From NCBI RefSeq assembly GCF_009914755.1, contig NC_060929.1: DNA of 64,000 nucleotides, one strand, 5' to 3'. The translations under genes and the position numbers were made by a program. Below the pieces are notes generated by a model. That model ran no database searches and was not told the DNA's origin. It saw nothing but the letters and a program-made list of their open reading frames with translations. This document shows, in pieces, positions 1 through 14,169 of this stretch; the first letter of the stretch is position 1; every line of letters begins with the position of its first letter. Source of the stretch: the human T2T-CHM13v2.0 reference genome, Homo sapiens.

Positions 1-1480
<1,480 letters not shown>

Positions 1481-1775
1481 TTCTTTACATTAAGTAATTT
1501 GTTCTGTGTAATAAGGAGTCTGACTCCACTTTCTGATGTTTGCTGGCAGTTTTTGAGCCTCACCCTTCCCTCTTCCCTTTCTTCTCCACATCTGGGAAAG
1601 CTGATAAGAAACCAGGGTCTTTCCTGCTTTGGCACCAATAGGAGATTCAAATGACACAAGTCCCTTCCTGCATGGGACTCCTCACCCCAGATCAGTCCCT
1701 CAGCCACAGTCTCCTTTTCTGCTCTCTCAAGTCATTTTGAACCTTGAGAAGACTGACTAGTTCTCTCTTCACTGA

Positions 1776-2127
<352 letters not shown>

Positions 2128-2139
2128 ATTTAAAAAAGA

Positions 2140-2268
2140 AAAAAAAATTGTAGAGACAGGGTCTCACTGTCTTGCCGAGCCAGGCTGTTCTCAAACTTCT
2201 GGCCTCAAGCAGTCCTCCAGTCTTGGCCTTTCAAAGTGCTGGGATTACAGGCATGAGCCACCATGCCT
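2140..2268 (-). mobile_element. Alu monomer/partial Alu (FLAM-like), antisense
   Basis: …gagacagggtctcactgtcttgccgagccaggctgttctcaaacttctggcctcaagcagtcctcc…caaagtgctgggattacaggcatgagccaccatgcc is the reverse complement of the Alu left arm. Confidence 0.6.
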
Positions 2269-3499
2269 TTCTGATTCATTTTTATAATTTTTAGATCTCT
2301 GATAAAACTCTTAAGCTTCCCTTTTAATAACATAGTTATTTTAAAGTCAGTGTGGTGACTCTAGCTTCTGAAATTCTTATGGGTCTGTTTCGTTTCTCTA
2401 GTTTGTCTTATTTTTTTCTCGGGTTGCCTTGTCTTTCAGTGGCCCTGGTTATTTTTAATCTTGTGGGGACGTTGTATTTACAAAATGTCTGTAGAAATAG
2501 AAGACTCATAGGAGGTTATAATTCCAGAGAGGATTGTGGATTGTGTTTCCTTTTGCCAGACTCCTAAGCCTTGCAACAAGCCAGGATGAGCTCAAAAGAA
2601 CTTCAGAGATGGAGATGACTGAAAGCTGGGCTATGGTCCCTGCAAAGGCTTACCTAGTTCTGTTTCCCCCTACTGCTGGGGTGTAGCCCTTCAGTGCCTC
2701 TATCCTCTTCCAACTGGCAGGCCCTGGATTCTACTAGCTGAGCCCTAAGCTACAAGAACTATGTTAAGACTTTAAGTCTAAGCTGTGGGTTGGATCAATT
2801 CCACTAGAAACTACTGAGAAGAATGCTCATCTCTTATCCAAAATAATTCATCTAATTTTAGCAATATACTCCTTCTCTCCCCAAGTTCTCATAATGTGGA
2901 AGTCCCTTTACTCAGCCCGAGGACCAGTGACTTCAACCAAGAGATTCAAGAAGATCATAGGCTTTACTCTACACACGTGAGCTTTTAAGACAGAAAGCTA
3001 AGTCCAGCTATGTGATTCTCGCCTGGTAGTAGACATCAGAATCCTTGTAAGGGTGTTGAACATACATATGTCTGGGTCCCATCCCCAGAAATTTTGGAGT
3101 CAGGGTGTTCCCGCAAACTCCCTGGAGTGGTTTTGATGCAAGTGGTCCCTAGTCCGCATCTTATCAAGTCCTTTTATAATTGTGTACTGAACACAAGAAC
3201 CCTAAACTAGCTGTAATTGGAGCAAGTTTTCATCTTGGTTCTTCCATCAGCTCGATCTGAGAAGCTGGGCAATTCACCGTGTGTCTCTGAGTCTCTTTCG
3301 CCGACTCACCACCACTTTCCCAAATGTTCTGTGAATGAATGTAAGAAGTCAACAACCCTCACTATAGCCAGCCCTCAAACAGAAAGATTTGCTCTTTCAG
3401 TGTGCTTGTCTGCTGGCAAGTTCTAAGCTGAGATGCTCTGATATTTTTCTTATGCGTGAATGTCAATTAGGTTTATTCACAATAATATTCTTTGTGGCC

Positions 3500-5098
3500 A
3501 AGTGTGTGTTTTCTTAATTTTTAACTTTTGTGGGTACATAGTAGCTGTATATATTTATGGGATACATTAGCTATTTTGATACAGGTATACAATGCATAAT
3601 AATCACCTCAGGGCAAATAAGGCATCTATCCCCTCAAGTACCTGTCCCTTGTATTACAAAAAACCCAATTATACTCTTTTAGTTACTTTTTAAATGTACA
3701 ATTAAATTATTATTGACTATAGTCACCCTGTTGTGCTAGCAAATACTAGGTTTTATTCATTCTTTCCATTATATTTTGTACCCATTAACCCTCCCATCAC
3801 CGCACCCCCCACTACCCTTCTCAGCATCTAGTAACCATCCTTCTACTCTGTAACTCGGTGGTTTCAGTTGATTTAAATTTTAACTCCCACACGTAAGTGA
3901 GAACATACAAAGTTTGTTTTTCTGTGTCTGGCTTATTTTGCTTAACATGGAACCTCCAATTCCATCCATGTTGCTGCAAATGACAGGATCTCATTCCTTT
4001 TAGAGCTGATAGTATTCCATTGTGTATATGAACCACACTTTCACTATCCATTCATCTGTTGAGGGACACTTACGTTGCTTCCAAATCTTCACTATTGTGA
4101 ATAGTGCTGCAATAAACATACAAGTGCAGACATCTCTTCAATATACTGACTTCCTTTATTTTGGGTATATGCCTATCAGTGAGATTGATTGCTGGATCAT
4201 ATGGCAGTTTTATTTTTAGTTTTTGGAAAACCTCCAAGCTGTTCTACATAGTGGTTGTACTAATTTACATTTCCGCCAACAGTGTACAAGGGTTCTCTTT
4301 TCCCCACATCCTCGTTAGCATTTGTTATTGCCTGTCTTTTTGATATAAACAATTTTAACTGGAGTGAGATGGTATCTCATTGTAGTTTAGATTTGTGTTT
4401 CTCTGATAATCAGTCATGTTGAACACCTTTTGATATATCTGTTTGCCATTTGTATGTCTTATTTTTAGAAATGTCTATTCAGATCTTTTGCCCATTTTTA
4501 ATTGGTTATTAGTTTTTTTTCCTATAGAGTTGTTGAGCTCCTTATATATCCTGGGGATTAATCTCTTGTCAGATGGGTAGTTTGCAGATATTTCCTCCCA
4601 TACTGTGGGTTGTCTCTTCACTTTGTTGACTGTTTCCTTTGATGTGCAGAAGCTTTTTAACTTGATGTGATTCCATTTGTTCATTTTTGCTTTGGTCACC
4701 TGTGGCTGTGGGGTATTACTCAAGAAATCTGTGCCCAGACCAATGTCCTGGAGAGTTTCTCCAATGTTTTCTTGTAGTAGTTTCATCATTTAAAGTATTG
4801 GATTTAAGTCTTTAATTCATTTTGATTTTAATTTTGAATATGGCAAGAGGTAGGAGTCTACTTTCATTTTTCTGCATATAGATGTCCAGTTTTCCCAGCA
4901 CCATTTATTGAACTGAAGGTTCTTTTCCCAATATATGTTCTTGGCACCTTTGTCAATAATGAGTTTACTGTAGATATATGGATTTGTTTCTAAATTCTCT
5001 GTTCTGTTTGATTGGTCTATGTGTCTGTTTTTATGCCAGTATCATGCTGTTTTAGTTACTGTAGCTCTGTAGTATAATTTGAAGTCAGGTAATGCCAT
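3500..5098 (-). mobile_element. 5'-truncated LINE-1 (L1PB/L1MA-age) 3' portion: ORF2 C-terminus + 3'UTR
   Basis: The minus-strand ORF at 4475..4789 translates to the L1 ORF2 C-terminal protein (…[45 protein letters not shown]…). The reverse-complemented L1 3'UTR with its poly-T start lies at ~3500. The antisense L1 hallmark …tattccattgtgtatatgaaccac…gttgagggacacttacgttgcttccaaatcttcactattgtgaatagtgctgcaataaacata… is also present. Confidence 0.85.
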
Positions 5099-5951
5099 GT
5101 GTGGTTTTAAGCCTTAAGGTCTCTCACCATTCAGGACCTGCACTGTCCCAGTGTCACAGCTCCTGAGAATGTGGAGTGCTGAGGAGTAGCACTTGCGACC
5201 CATTCGCTTATATTTGTTTGGAATCGTGTACACATCTCTGGCTGTCCAGGCACAGAGGACAGTCAGCTCTGGGAAGCTCTAATTATGACAAGGAGCTTAA
5301 CTGATGAGGTTCTGGTTTCTGACCTTGGCCCCTTTTGAATTCTCTATGATCTGGCGTCACCAAGTGGTTGAGAGTTGCCCAGAAATTGTTGTCAATTCAC
5401 GGTGGCAAATAGAGATAAAGAAATAAAAGCACGTTACATTTTCCTATTCCTTGCTCTATGCATGATTTATCATTAAGGAGAGTCGTTTATAAAAGAAAGC
5501 ATTTATTTAGGTTTTGATGAAGTCAGCTTTTTGGAGGTTAAATATAAAAGAAGAAAGAAAAGGATAATGCAAGTAAAAGTGAACTGCTCATCACAGCTGG
5601 TTGTGGAGGTTGAGAAGTTGGTATCTAACTAAGTTAGAGGGCATAGTTGAGAAAATGCGAATATTTATTAAGCCCCTGCTCTGTGCCAGGCCCTGTGCTA
5701 GGAGCTGAGGATTAAGTGGTTACTCAACAGCAGCACCTGCCCTTCCCTTGTGGAGCTTAGGTTCCAGGCCAAGAGCCCTGGACTCAGCAGTGTGATTATG
5801 TGCTTAATGTCTCCGTTAGGAACTTGGGGAAGTACCATAAAGAAAAAGAAGGTGGTTCTATCTTAGCGCATAATGAGGGGACCTGGCCTAGGCCAAGGGT
5901 CAGGGAAGGCTTCTCTGAAGAAGTGATGCCTGAGCCAAGATCTGAAAGACG

Positions 5952-6030
5952 GGCTGGGGCGCTGGAGGTGCTGAGGGTGCTGGAGGTGCTGGAGGTGCTG
6001 GGGGTGCTGGAGGTGCTGAGGGTGCTGGAG
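5952..6030. repeat. 9-bp minisatellite (GGTGCTGRR)n, ~8.5 units
   Basis: Direct reading gives gctggaggt/gctgagggt/gctggaggt/gctggaggt/gctgggggt/gctggaggt/gctgagggt. It is embedded in a GC-rich but CpG-poor block (5.8–6.8 kb) that produces the overlapping 117–165 aa artefactual ORFs. Confidence 0.9.
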
Positions 6031-7715
6031 CAGCGCCAGGGGAAAGGAGAGCCAGGCAGTCCAGGCACAGGGCGCAGCAGGCACCACGGCCCTGCAAGAA
6101 GACAGCCAGTGTGCCCCGAGGGACTGAGACAGAGCAGAAAATGTGGCGTCAGAGGAGCCGGAGGTGGGGCCAGGGGTGGGGAAGAGCAGAGAAGCCCACC
6201 CCGTAGGACTGCACACAGCGTAGGAAAAATGCTGAATTCTGTCTTAGAATAAAAGGGGAACCCACTGAAGGCGTATGGGCGGAGTGAAGCCACTGCAGCC
6301 GCAGTGAGGAGAAGAGAAGGGAGACTGGTGAATCAGGGCCAAGGAAGGGCCATGAGGGGCGTTTGGGAATCCGCGGCTGGGCTCAGCCTGGCAGCGGAAG
6401 TGGAGAGCAGTGGGCAGATGGCAGGGGCTTTAGGGAGGCCATGCAGGCAGCAAATCCCCAGGAGCACTTGTCGCCCCTGTGCTGCACTCCCTTGTAGTCT
6501 CTCCGTCACAGTCGGGCAGGGAGCATCAGACAGATATCTGGAGTCCTGACAGCCTCTCTCAGCAGCCAAACGCACAATTCAGAATTGTCAGTTCCCAAAG
6601 AGGCCTCCAAAGTGAGCGCAGAGAAGATATTGTCATTCAGCACAACACCGGTGTGTGAAGACACCAAAGGCTGCTCAGCAGCCCCCTGAAAGTGGCGCCT
6701 TGGGGTGACGAGGCTGCTGGCTCTTAGTGCCAGTCCAGGTGCAAGGAGAGCTGCCCCCACCTTCTGTGTGTGCCACAGTCTCCTCCCTCTCTGCCCTCTG
6801 CCCCACGTTGTATCACCTCACCTTTTCTAGCCTGAATATGGAGGCTCCCGGAGCTAGGAAAGAGTTCAGTACCCCCCAGCTGTTTTCTAAGGCCGATTGT
6901 GTCTCCACCCCTCCCAGGCTTCTCCACTTTATGTTTCCTCTCTCTGCATTATGTTTTTAGGCAGCCTTTTCTCCGGATTTCCCATCCGCGCTGAGAACAA
7001 ATGACATGCTGATGTGTTCAATCAGTGTCATACGTGGTAGCTTTGAGAGTAAGTGCCAGAATGTGTCAGGGAAGCTATGGGATGGTGGAAGGTATCCATG
7101 GCAATATTGCCCTGTTTAGCAAACATGTGAAGAAAATTTATGCTGAGATAATCAAAAAGTAACTTAGAGGTACACTTTGGTAGCTCCAAGTTCAAAACCA
7201 GTATTTTCCGCTGGTTGACTGCAAGGCAAAAATAATACTCATGCACTTTGTGCCTTGAACTTTATGGCAATAGTGAAGCAGGCTTTCTCAGACCGGGATA
7301 ATTATCACACTCTCACATGATTTTGAGGTGTATCCATAACTCATGACAACGTCAAATTTCATTTAGAACAAGTCTACACACCGTTTCCCTGCAGTAAGGT
7401 GCCCCTTGGTAATATCTAGTTCATCAAATATTTCATTTTTATTGTTGTTTTTCTTGCAAGTTCTGCAAGTATTTTAAGCTATAAACATGTGAAATCCAAA
7501 AATGCTTACTTAATGCAATTAGTATTTATAAAGAGTTGAGTCCTTGGCCCTCCTGCTCTTCAGTGAAGTTCCCAGTGTTTCCAGCAGCAGGTGTCTCTGT
7601 ATGTCTTGCTGCATTCAGAATTACCTAGAGTTGATGCCTCTTGTCTAAACTTGGCCCAAGAAAAAAGATTAAAAGCAATAGTGTGGTGCAATTTTCTGGC
7701 AGAAAACAGAAGGAC

Positions 7716-8050
7716 TGGTATCTTAGTCTGTTTGTGCTGCTATAACAAAATGCCATAAGCCATAAACTGGTGACTTTCAAATAACAGAAATTTTATTTCT
7801 CACAGTTCTGGAGGCTAGGGAGTTCAAGATCCAGGTGCTGGCAGATTCACTGTCTGGTGAGGGCTCACCTCCTTGTTCATAGAATGGAGCCTTCTTGCTG
7901 TGTCCTCATGTGGTGGAAGGGGCAAGCAAGTTTCCTTGGGCCTCTTTTCTCATTCACAAGGGCTCCACCTTCATGACCTAATCACCTCCCAAAGGCCCCA
8001 TCTACTAGTACTATCACATTGGGGAAACAAATTCAGATCACAGCCACTGG
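7716..8050 (-). mobile_element. ERVL-MaLR solo LTR (MST/MLT1-type), antisense
   Basis: Reverse complement of the MaLR LTR 3' terminus (…tcttagtctgtttgtgctgctataacaaaatgccataa…cagaaattttatttctcacagttctggaggct…gtcctcatgtggtggaagggg…gggctccaccttcatgacctaatcacctcccaaaggcccc…). Confidence 0.75.
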
Positions 8051-8732
8051 TTTTCCCTCTGGTTTTGACATGTATTGTAAATTCCATTTTGATGTACATA
8101 AAATATATCTAAACAAATTCAGCTTTGACATAGGGGTTATCGGTTGCTCCAAACTTGTCTATCTAGGAATCATGTACTGCAAAGCTATGAAGATACCTCA
8201 GAGGATCTAAGTGTGGGAGCTTCCTAGGATGCAGAAGCATGTAGGCCAACCAGCTTCCAATGGTAAATGCAGTAAGCGATCCATCTAAATGACAAAGGCA
8301 ACATGGTCTAGCTTTGGCACTGACTCTTTTGAATCATGCACAAGTCTCTCTGTATAAAACTAGTTGATAATATCTAACCTGCTTTTCATGATTCTTGTAA
8401 TTACCTCAACGAGAAAAGTGATTGTCCGATTCAAGGCATGCTTGTCATTCTTCTTCATCTTATCATTCACTCCGCCACACTGAACCCCTGCTACTCTGAG
8501 GCAGTGTAAGCCAGGAGTTGGGGCTGCCGCTGCCTTTCTCCTGATGAACACCAATGGCGGGGCCTTCTGCACCCTTGGGCTCAGAGCAGGAAGAGAAGCG
8601 TGTCTTCTGTGTCTCCCCCTTCCTCAAGCCCCACACACACTCAGGGGGCACTTGGTACAGTCCCTGTTCTTCGGAGCACCCACCCCAAACCTCCCCTGAA
8701 ATCAAAGATGGCTGCCCGACTAAGGAGGTGTT

Positions 8733-8878
8733 TTCAGTTATTCAGAACACCTAACCTCACTGAGACCAGCAGGGTTAAACAACCTGATTCTATGTCAGAA
8801 CACCCTTCTCAGTTATTCAGAACACCTAACCTCATTGGATCAGCAGGGTTAAACAAACTGATACTATGTCAGAAAATC
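8733..8878. repeat. tandem duplication, 2 x ~73-76 bp
   Basis: Unit 1 at 8733–8808 and unit 2 at 8809–8878 (tcagttattcagaacacctaacctca…cagcagggttaaacaa.ctgat.ctatgtcagaa…), ~88% identical. Confidence 0.85.
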
Positions 8879-10737
8879 TAATTGAGTCATTGTTTGGCTT
8901 AAGTCATTTCTCATCCATTTATCCACTAGACCTCCCACAATGAACACTCTAGTTCTACGTCTTCATTTTCCAAGTTACAAAAGAAGAAGCAGAAGAAAAT
9001 CTGGACTACGGCTCTTGAAGCTCTACTTGGTAACATGAAAGGGAGGATAAAAGCCAGGGAGCCAGAGGCCATCTGAAGCAGAACATCACCTACTTTATCT
9101 CAGAAGCACAGGCCTTTGTCTTCTGAATGACATTCTTCCTCCCTAGAAAATCATGTCTGGAAAATTCTTCCAAACAAGGCTCAAAACAATGACTTCAGAT
9201 GAAACAGGCTCAAATGCATAAACACCAGCGAAACAGAGGATTTCGAAAATCTTTGCGTGTGTGCTGCCAACAAGTTCTTTTCTGTAATTCGTGGGATTTC
9301 AGGTTTAGCTCACATTTACCCCTTTCCTCGCAAATAAAAGTTTCTGAGGCTGCAAGCCCATGGGAGGCCACTGTCAAAGGCCCCAGGGAAGATCTCTACT
9401 ACCAGCAAGAGGAGAAAGAGCTCAAGGCCACACTGACAGACAGACAGACATACAAGGTACTGTAAAGCTTTCTCCCTTGTGGCCCATTCCCCTCCTGTCC
9501 GGAAATGCCTGTGCACTCTGCTGAATGACTCATCCGAGACCAGACAATAATAAAGCAATCACGTTTGTTGATTAAAAATCAGCCTATCTAGAATATAAAT
9601 GTTCCTTTCAAGTAGCTCTATTACTCTATCTGTGAAGCATGTGGGAAGTCTGCTCTGTGTCATTTTTCCATTAAAACGCAGTCCTAACAGGAGAATTCCA
9701 GCTACCCTGCAACATCTGCTCCAAATTTTCCTATGATTTATGTGACCATGAGGCCAGCTCCAAGTATACATATAAATAGGTTCTGCGAGGGATCTTGTCC
9801 TATATACAAGTAAAAGTAGAAAGATTGGTATTTAATTACATCATCAAATTTGTTTTAGATCTTGGAATGTCACATTGTCAACCAGATGTCCATATATCCA
9901 AATTTATTATTTCATGTCAGTGAGACATAAGAGTGCTTTAGTTGTATATGTTCATTGTAATTAATTCTGAACATTTTACATAAGTTATTTCCATAACAAC
10001 TGTGGGCAAGAGAGAAGAAGCAGATTCTAGTAACTAACTCTGCTCTATAGCTGGGGAAACTCAGTGGCCCCACAGCAACTCAAACAACCAGCCCTCAATT
10101 CTTTTGACCCTTAGCTTACTTTTTAGTGCATAGTTTCATCTCAAAGTTATAACATTTTTTAATAAAATAATAAGTAAGAGGAAATACTGTCGTATTTGAT
10201 GGGGGAGGTTGCTAAATGATAATGACACTTGGATGTCAGGACATTCCATGTCAGAGTGGCCCTCTCCTTTTGCTGGGAATTTTCTGTCAGCACAGTCTGA
10301 GTACTGTGTTGGGGGTGGACTGCCAGGGCTCTGTGGTGCAAGTAAGGAGGCTGTGCCCCTATTCTAGGTAAGAGGCTGTAAGAGCTTGGATTTGGATGCT
10401 TGGGTGATGAAAGTGCAAATGAAGGACAAAGTCTTCTTCAAGGGAGATGTAGAAGGCAAAATTGAATGTACTTAAGGAGGATGAGGGTGAAGATGGTGAG
10501 AGAGGTGGCTCACAGGCTCTGGAATGGATGGTCCAACCATTCTTTAAGATAGAAAACTCTGGGAGATACTGGGAGTTAGATCAAGAGTTCAACCTTAAAC
10601 AAACTGACATGGTGCTGAAACTTCAAGTGGACATGTCAACTATGAAAGTAGAGACAGGATGCTGTGCCTTACCCCCACTCACACTGGGTCAGCTCTGCTG
10701 TTTTCTGTGTGATAGGGTAGCATTTCATGTAAAGATT

Positions 10738-11125
10738 TGCTGTGGTTTGAATGTTTTTGTTCCTTCCAAAATCTATGTTGAAACATAATCCCCAATGCAA
10801 CAGTATTGGGAGGTATGCCTTTGGGAGGTGATTAAGTCACGAGGGCTCTGCCTTCATGAATAAGATTAGATACCCTTATAAAAGGGCTTGGCAGAAGGAG
10901 TTTGCCCCTTTTGCCCTTCCGCCTTCTGCCATGCAAAGATAGCATACCTCGCCTCTGGAAGATGCAGTGCTCAAGGCACCATCTTGGGAGTGGGGAACAG
11001 CCCTCACCAGATACCAAACCTACCAGCACCTTGATCTTGGACTTCCCAGCCTCCAGAGCTGTGAGAAATACATTTCTATTGTTTATAAATTACCTAGCTT
11101 GTGGTGTTTTGTTATATTAGCACAA
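10738..11125 (+). mobile_element. ERVL-MaLR solo LTR (MST-type), sense
   Basis: …tggtttgaatgtttttgttccttccaaaatctatgttgaaacataatccccaatg…gggaggtgattaagtcacgagggctctgccttcatgaat…cttataaaagg…caccttgatcttggacttcccagcctccagagctgtgagaaatacatttctattgtttataaattacc… closely follows the MST/THE1-class LTR consensus. Confidence 0.8.
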
Positions 11126-12829
11126 ATAAAGTAAAACAAGTGTTTTTTTTTTAGAAAGTAGTTCTATAAGGACAAAAAATATTGAAAGAAACATGTCTGT
11201 AAGCGGTGGGAAGACACTGAAGGATTTTAACCAGGGAAATGAATTGAATGGATTTGTATTTAAGATCCACGTGGGAGCAGTGGATGAAAGAAAGTTGAGA
11301 TCCTGGTTCGGCTGGCCCCTTCCTAGCTGTTTGAATTTGGGGAAATCACTAAACCCTTGTGAGCCTCGGGTTCTTCATAAGATGGAGATAGTGCTGCCTT
11401 CTTCATCTGGCTGTTATGAGAATTATAATTAAAATGCCTAGGATAATAAATGCTTAACATGCACTGGTTTCCTTCTCCATGATGGAGTACCTGCTGATAA
11501 GGTTTAACAAGTGGGGAGGGAGAGAAGCTAATTAAGAGGTTCTAGTCATCTCCCCAGAGAGGAGTGGACAACCCCTGACTTAGGGCCAGAAGACTGCAGA
11601 GTCTAGACGGCTGGGTTATGGAGTGCTGGAGTCAGGGCAGTGCGCACAAGCGTTGGGCTGGGTGACTCCAGTGGAAAGTAGTGCTGATAATCATGCTTGG
11701 AATTCAGGGGGACGGAGGGCACTTGGGGTTTGGTCAAGAGGAGGGTCCACCCTGCAGCCATTGTACACACAACCCCCATGCCCCCATTAAGACTGCAGAG
11801 CTCTCCTCCCCTTGCCTTTCCTTGTGAGCACCCTCTCTGCCCCTTTCAGCCTCTGCTGCTGCTCATGCCTCGCCACTGAGCCCCACAGCAGCCAGCTGAG
11901 CTTTCCTGTTCTCTTCCCTCCTTTCCTGTTTCATTTCCGAGGCTCTTCCAAGCCCCCGGGCTTTTCACACAAACACTTTCTTTTCCTACCTCAGAACTTG
12001 GTTTTTGCCTCTGCACAGTCAGGGTTGCTAGCTGCTCGGGTATCATTTCTTTTCTACCAAAGAAGGGAATGTTTTCTTTTTATGGGGCTCTCTCCAGGTC
12101 TGGAGCCCTGCTGGCTTCTCCACAGCTTTAGGTAACCCACAAAATCCTCAGCATTCTGGCTGCTGCCCTGGCTGTGCCTGTCTCTCCGGGCAGTGTCTTG
12201 AGTGACAGTGGGAGGAATGGGTCATGCCTGACTAATCAAAAGCCACAGCAGGCAGCATTGCCTGGACTATGGTCCTCTGACACTTCATCCAGATGATGAT
12301 GCCTTCATATTTGTTAGAAACCTCATGCCTTCTTCCCAGGACCCGGCTTCCCTAGAAGTTAATCAGGCTGGTGGCCAGTGGAGTGGCTGTGGATTCAGAG
12401 CAAAGCAGTGTGGCTGGTCCCAAAAGCTCTTTCTCTGGGCCATGGTGAGACCGCTGAAAGAGCTCCACCCCACCACACAGCATGGGGAGAGCTCACAGCC
12501 AGACTATCCTTGAACCCCCCAATCTAGGCCTTTCCGCCTGAATACATGGCTCCTTTTTGCCATCCTCTCTGTTCTTTTTCTGGGTTTTTCTGGCCAAGCA
12601 ATCTCTCTTTAAGTCGGTTAACTTACCTTTTGAGGCATATCTTTGCTCTCAGCCTGGGAGCTCATCTGTCTCTGGGAGATGGCTCTACCTAAACAGAAGT
12701 CTGTAGATGTTTTCTTGGGCTCACCCTTCTCAAATCATGTTGAGAAATCATGAGACATGAGAAATCATGTCTCAAAGCATTTCCAACAAAGCTTTAGCTG
12801 ACTCAGAATATACAAAGATTTTTTTCCAA

Positions 12830-13290
12830 GTCAACTTTATTGAGGCATAATTTATGTGTAATAAAATGTATATATTTTAAGTATACAATCTGATGAGTTG
12901 TGACAAACGTGTACATCCACATAGCCGCCACGACAATCAAGACACAGAACATCTCCATCACCCCAGAATGCAACGTTTGCCATTATCCCCCCAACCCCAG
13001 CCATGAGCAAACACCCACCTGCTTCCTGTCAATATAGATGAGTTTTGCTTTGTCTAGATTTTTATGTAAATTATCATACAGTAGATATCATTTATATCTT
13101 ACACTCAGCCTACGATTTTGAGATTCACCCATGTTATAGCAAGTTATGGATAATTTGTTCTTTTTTTTAGCTGAGCAGTATCTCATTGTATGGAAATAAG
13201 ATAATTTGTTTCTCTCTTCACTCAGTGATAGACATTTGGGCTGTTTCCAGTTTGGCGTATTACAAGTACAAATGCCTTTTCTGATTCCTG
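12830..13290. mobile_element. ancient L1M-type LINE 3'-region fragment
   Basis: Motifs …tatacaatctgatgagttgtgacaaacgtgtacatccacatagccgccacgacaatcaagacacagaacatctccatcacccc… and …gtatctcattgtatgg…ttcactcagtgatagacatttgggctgtttccagtttgg… are typical of old L1 3' ends. The orientation is not resolved with confidence. Confidence 0.5.
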
Positions 13291-13729
13291 ATGTAGCACC
13301 TGGAGTAAACACGTCTGTTGCCCTTAGAGAGCTTAAAGTCTTGGCAAAAAGAGACAATTTAAATGATTTAATCCTCGTGGAATTTTATTATTGGATATGA
13401 TTGGGATATAATCAACTGCAGGGAGGCTTGTAGTTGTGCTGGATGCTATGGAACCGGCAGAGAATGGAAGAGTACAGGGGGCCGGGGTCACTTCAGGGCG
13501 TTTTATTTTATTGGGGAATGGCATGTGAAAGCTCCATCAAATGACGCTGGATGGAGCCCTGCCCTGGGAAGCAGGCAGAGGAAGACCACAGGGGGAGCAA
13601 TCCTGGCAGGTGAGAGGCTGCAAAGATGCCGCCAGACCTGGAATAGAGAGTTTGTGTTCAGCAAGTGGGACAGAAATCACGAAAAGGCCTTGAATACTGC
13701 TCAAATTGCAGGACCTGCCACTGCCATGA

Positions 13730-14040
13730 TGAGTGCCACTCTGAAGCCCTAAAAGATGACAAGGGAGAGTAGGAGAAGCAAGCCCAGAGGAGAAAGAAAG
13801 TGGAGAATGGTCCCCAGAGGAAGGGAGGCAAACAGGGAGCAACAGCTACGCAGGTGACTGCAATGTAAGAAGCCATCCAAGAATAGACAGTGTTTCAAAA
13901 TGCTCAGGAAAAAGCAAGGTGCGGTCTTCTGGATGTGGCGGCAGAAAAACCCCAAGAGAAAGACATCATCAACATAAAAGCCTGGAAAAAATAGGGATCA
14001 TAAAGATGCCAGTGTGACTGACAAACAAATTAGAGGTGTT
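13730..14040 (-). repeat. inverted copy (arm A) of a ~310-bp segment also present at 15815–16125
   Basis: The reverse complement of 13730–14040 aligns base-for-base with 15815–16125 at ~95% identity. The ORF track shows the same peptides on opposite strands (…HIQKTAPCFFLSILK…CSLFASLPLGTILHFLS…). Confidence 0.85.
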
Positions 14041-14044
14041 TGTC

Positions 14045-14165
14045 TCTCGTACTCTCCCTTATCATCTTTTAGGGCTTCAGAGTGGCACTTCTCACTGGGG
14101 CCATCTGCAAGCTGTTCTTCGGCTCAGGAGACCATGGCCCTGCTACACAGTCTCCCATTTTCACA
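14045..14165 (+). repeat. direct partial copy (tail) of the same segment, abutting the inverted arm (chimeric junction at ~14040)
   Basis: 14045–14165 (…tactctcccttatcatcttttagggcttcagagtggcacttctcactggggccatctgcaagctgttcttcggctcaggagacca…) matches 16075–16190 in the same orientation. Confidence 0.85.
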
Positions 14166-14169
14166 TACT

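Noticed and set aside
4475-4789. 104-aa and 63-aa ORFs (4475–4789 minus; 28639–28830 minus) with clear protein similarity
   Set aside because: The similarity is to LINE-1 ORF2p C-terminus. These are decayed retrotransposon remnants (annotated as mobile elements), not host genes.
5796-6293. Mutually overlapping 117–165 aa ORFs on both strands (STSSTPSTSS… / LEVLRVLEV…)
   Set aside because: They are entirely explained by the 9-bp minisatellite and the surrounding GC-rich, stop-poor sequence. Both strands are 'coding' simultaneously, which is a hallmark of compositional artefact.
12680-12800. Short local repeats (tcatgttgagaaatcatgagacatgagaaatcatgtctcaaagc) and similar 17–18 bp two-copy duplications at 20030–20066 and 48163–48198
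   Set aside because: These are two-copy micro-duplications of under 20 bp, too small to characterise further. They are noted only for completeness.
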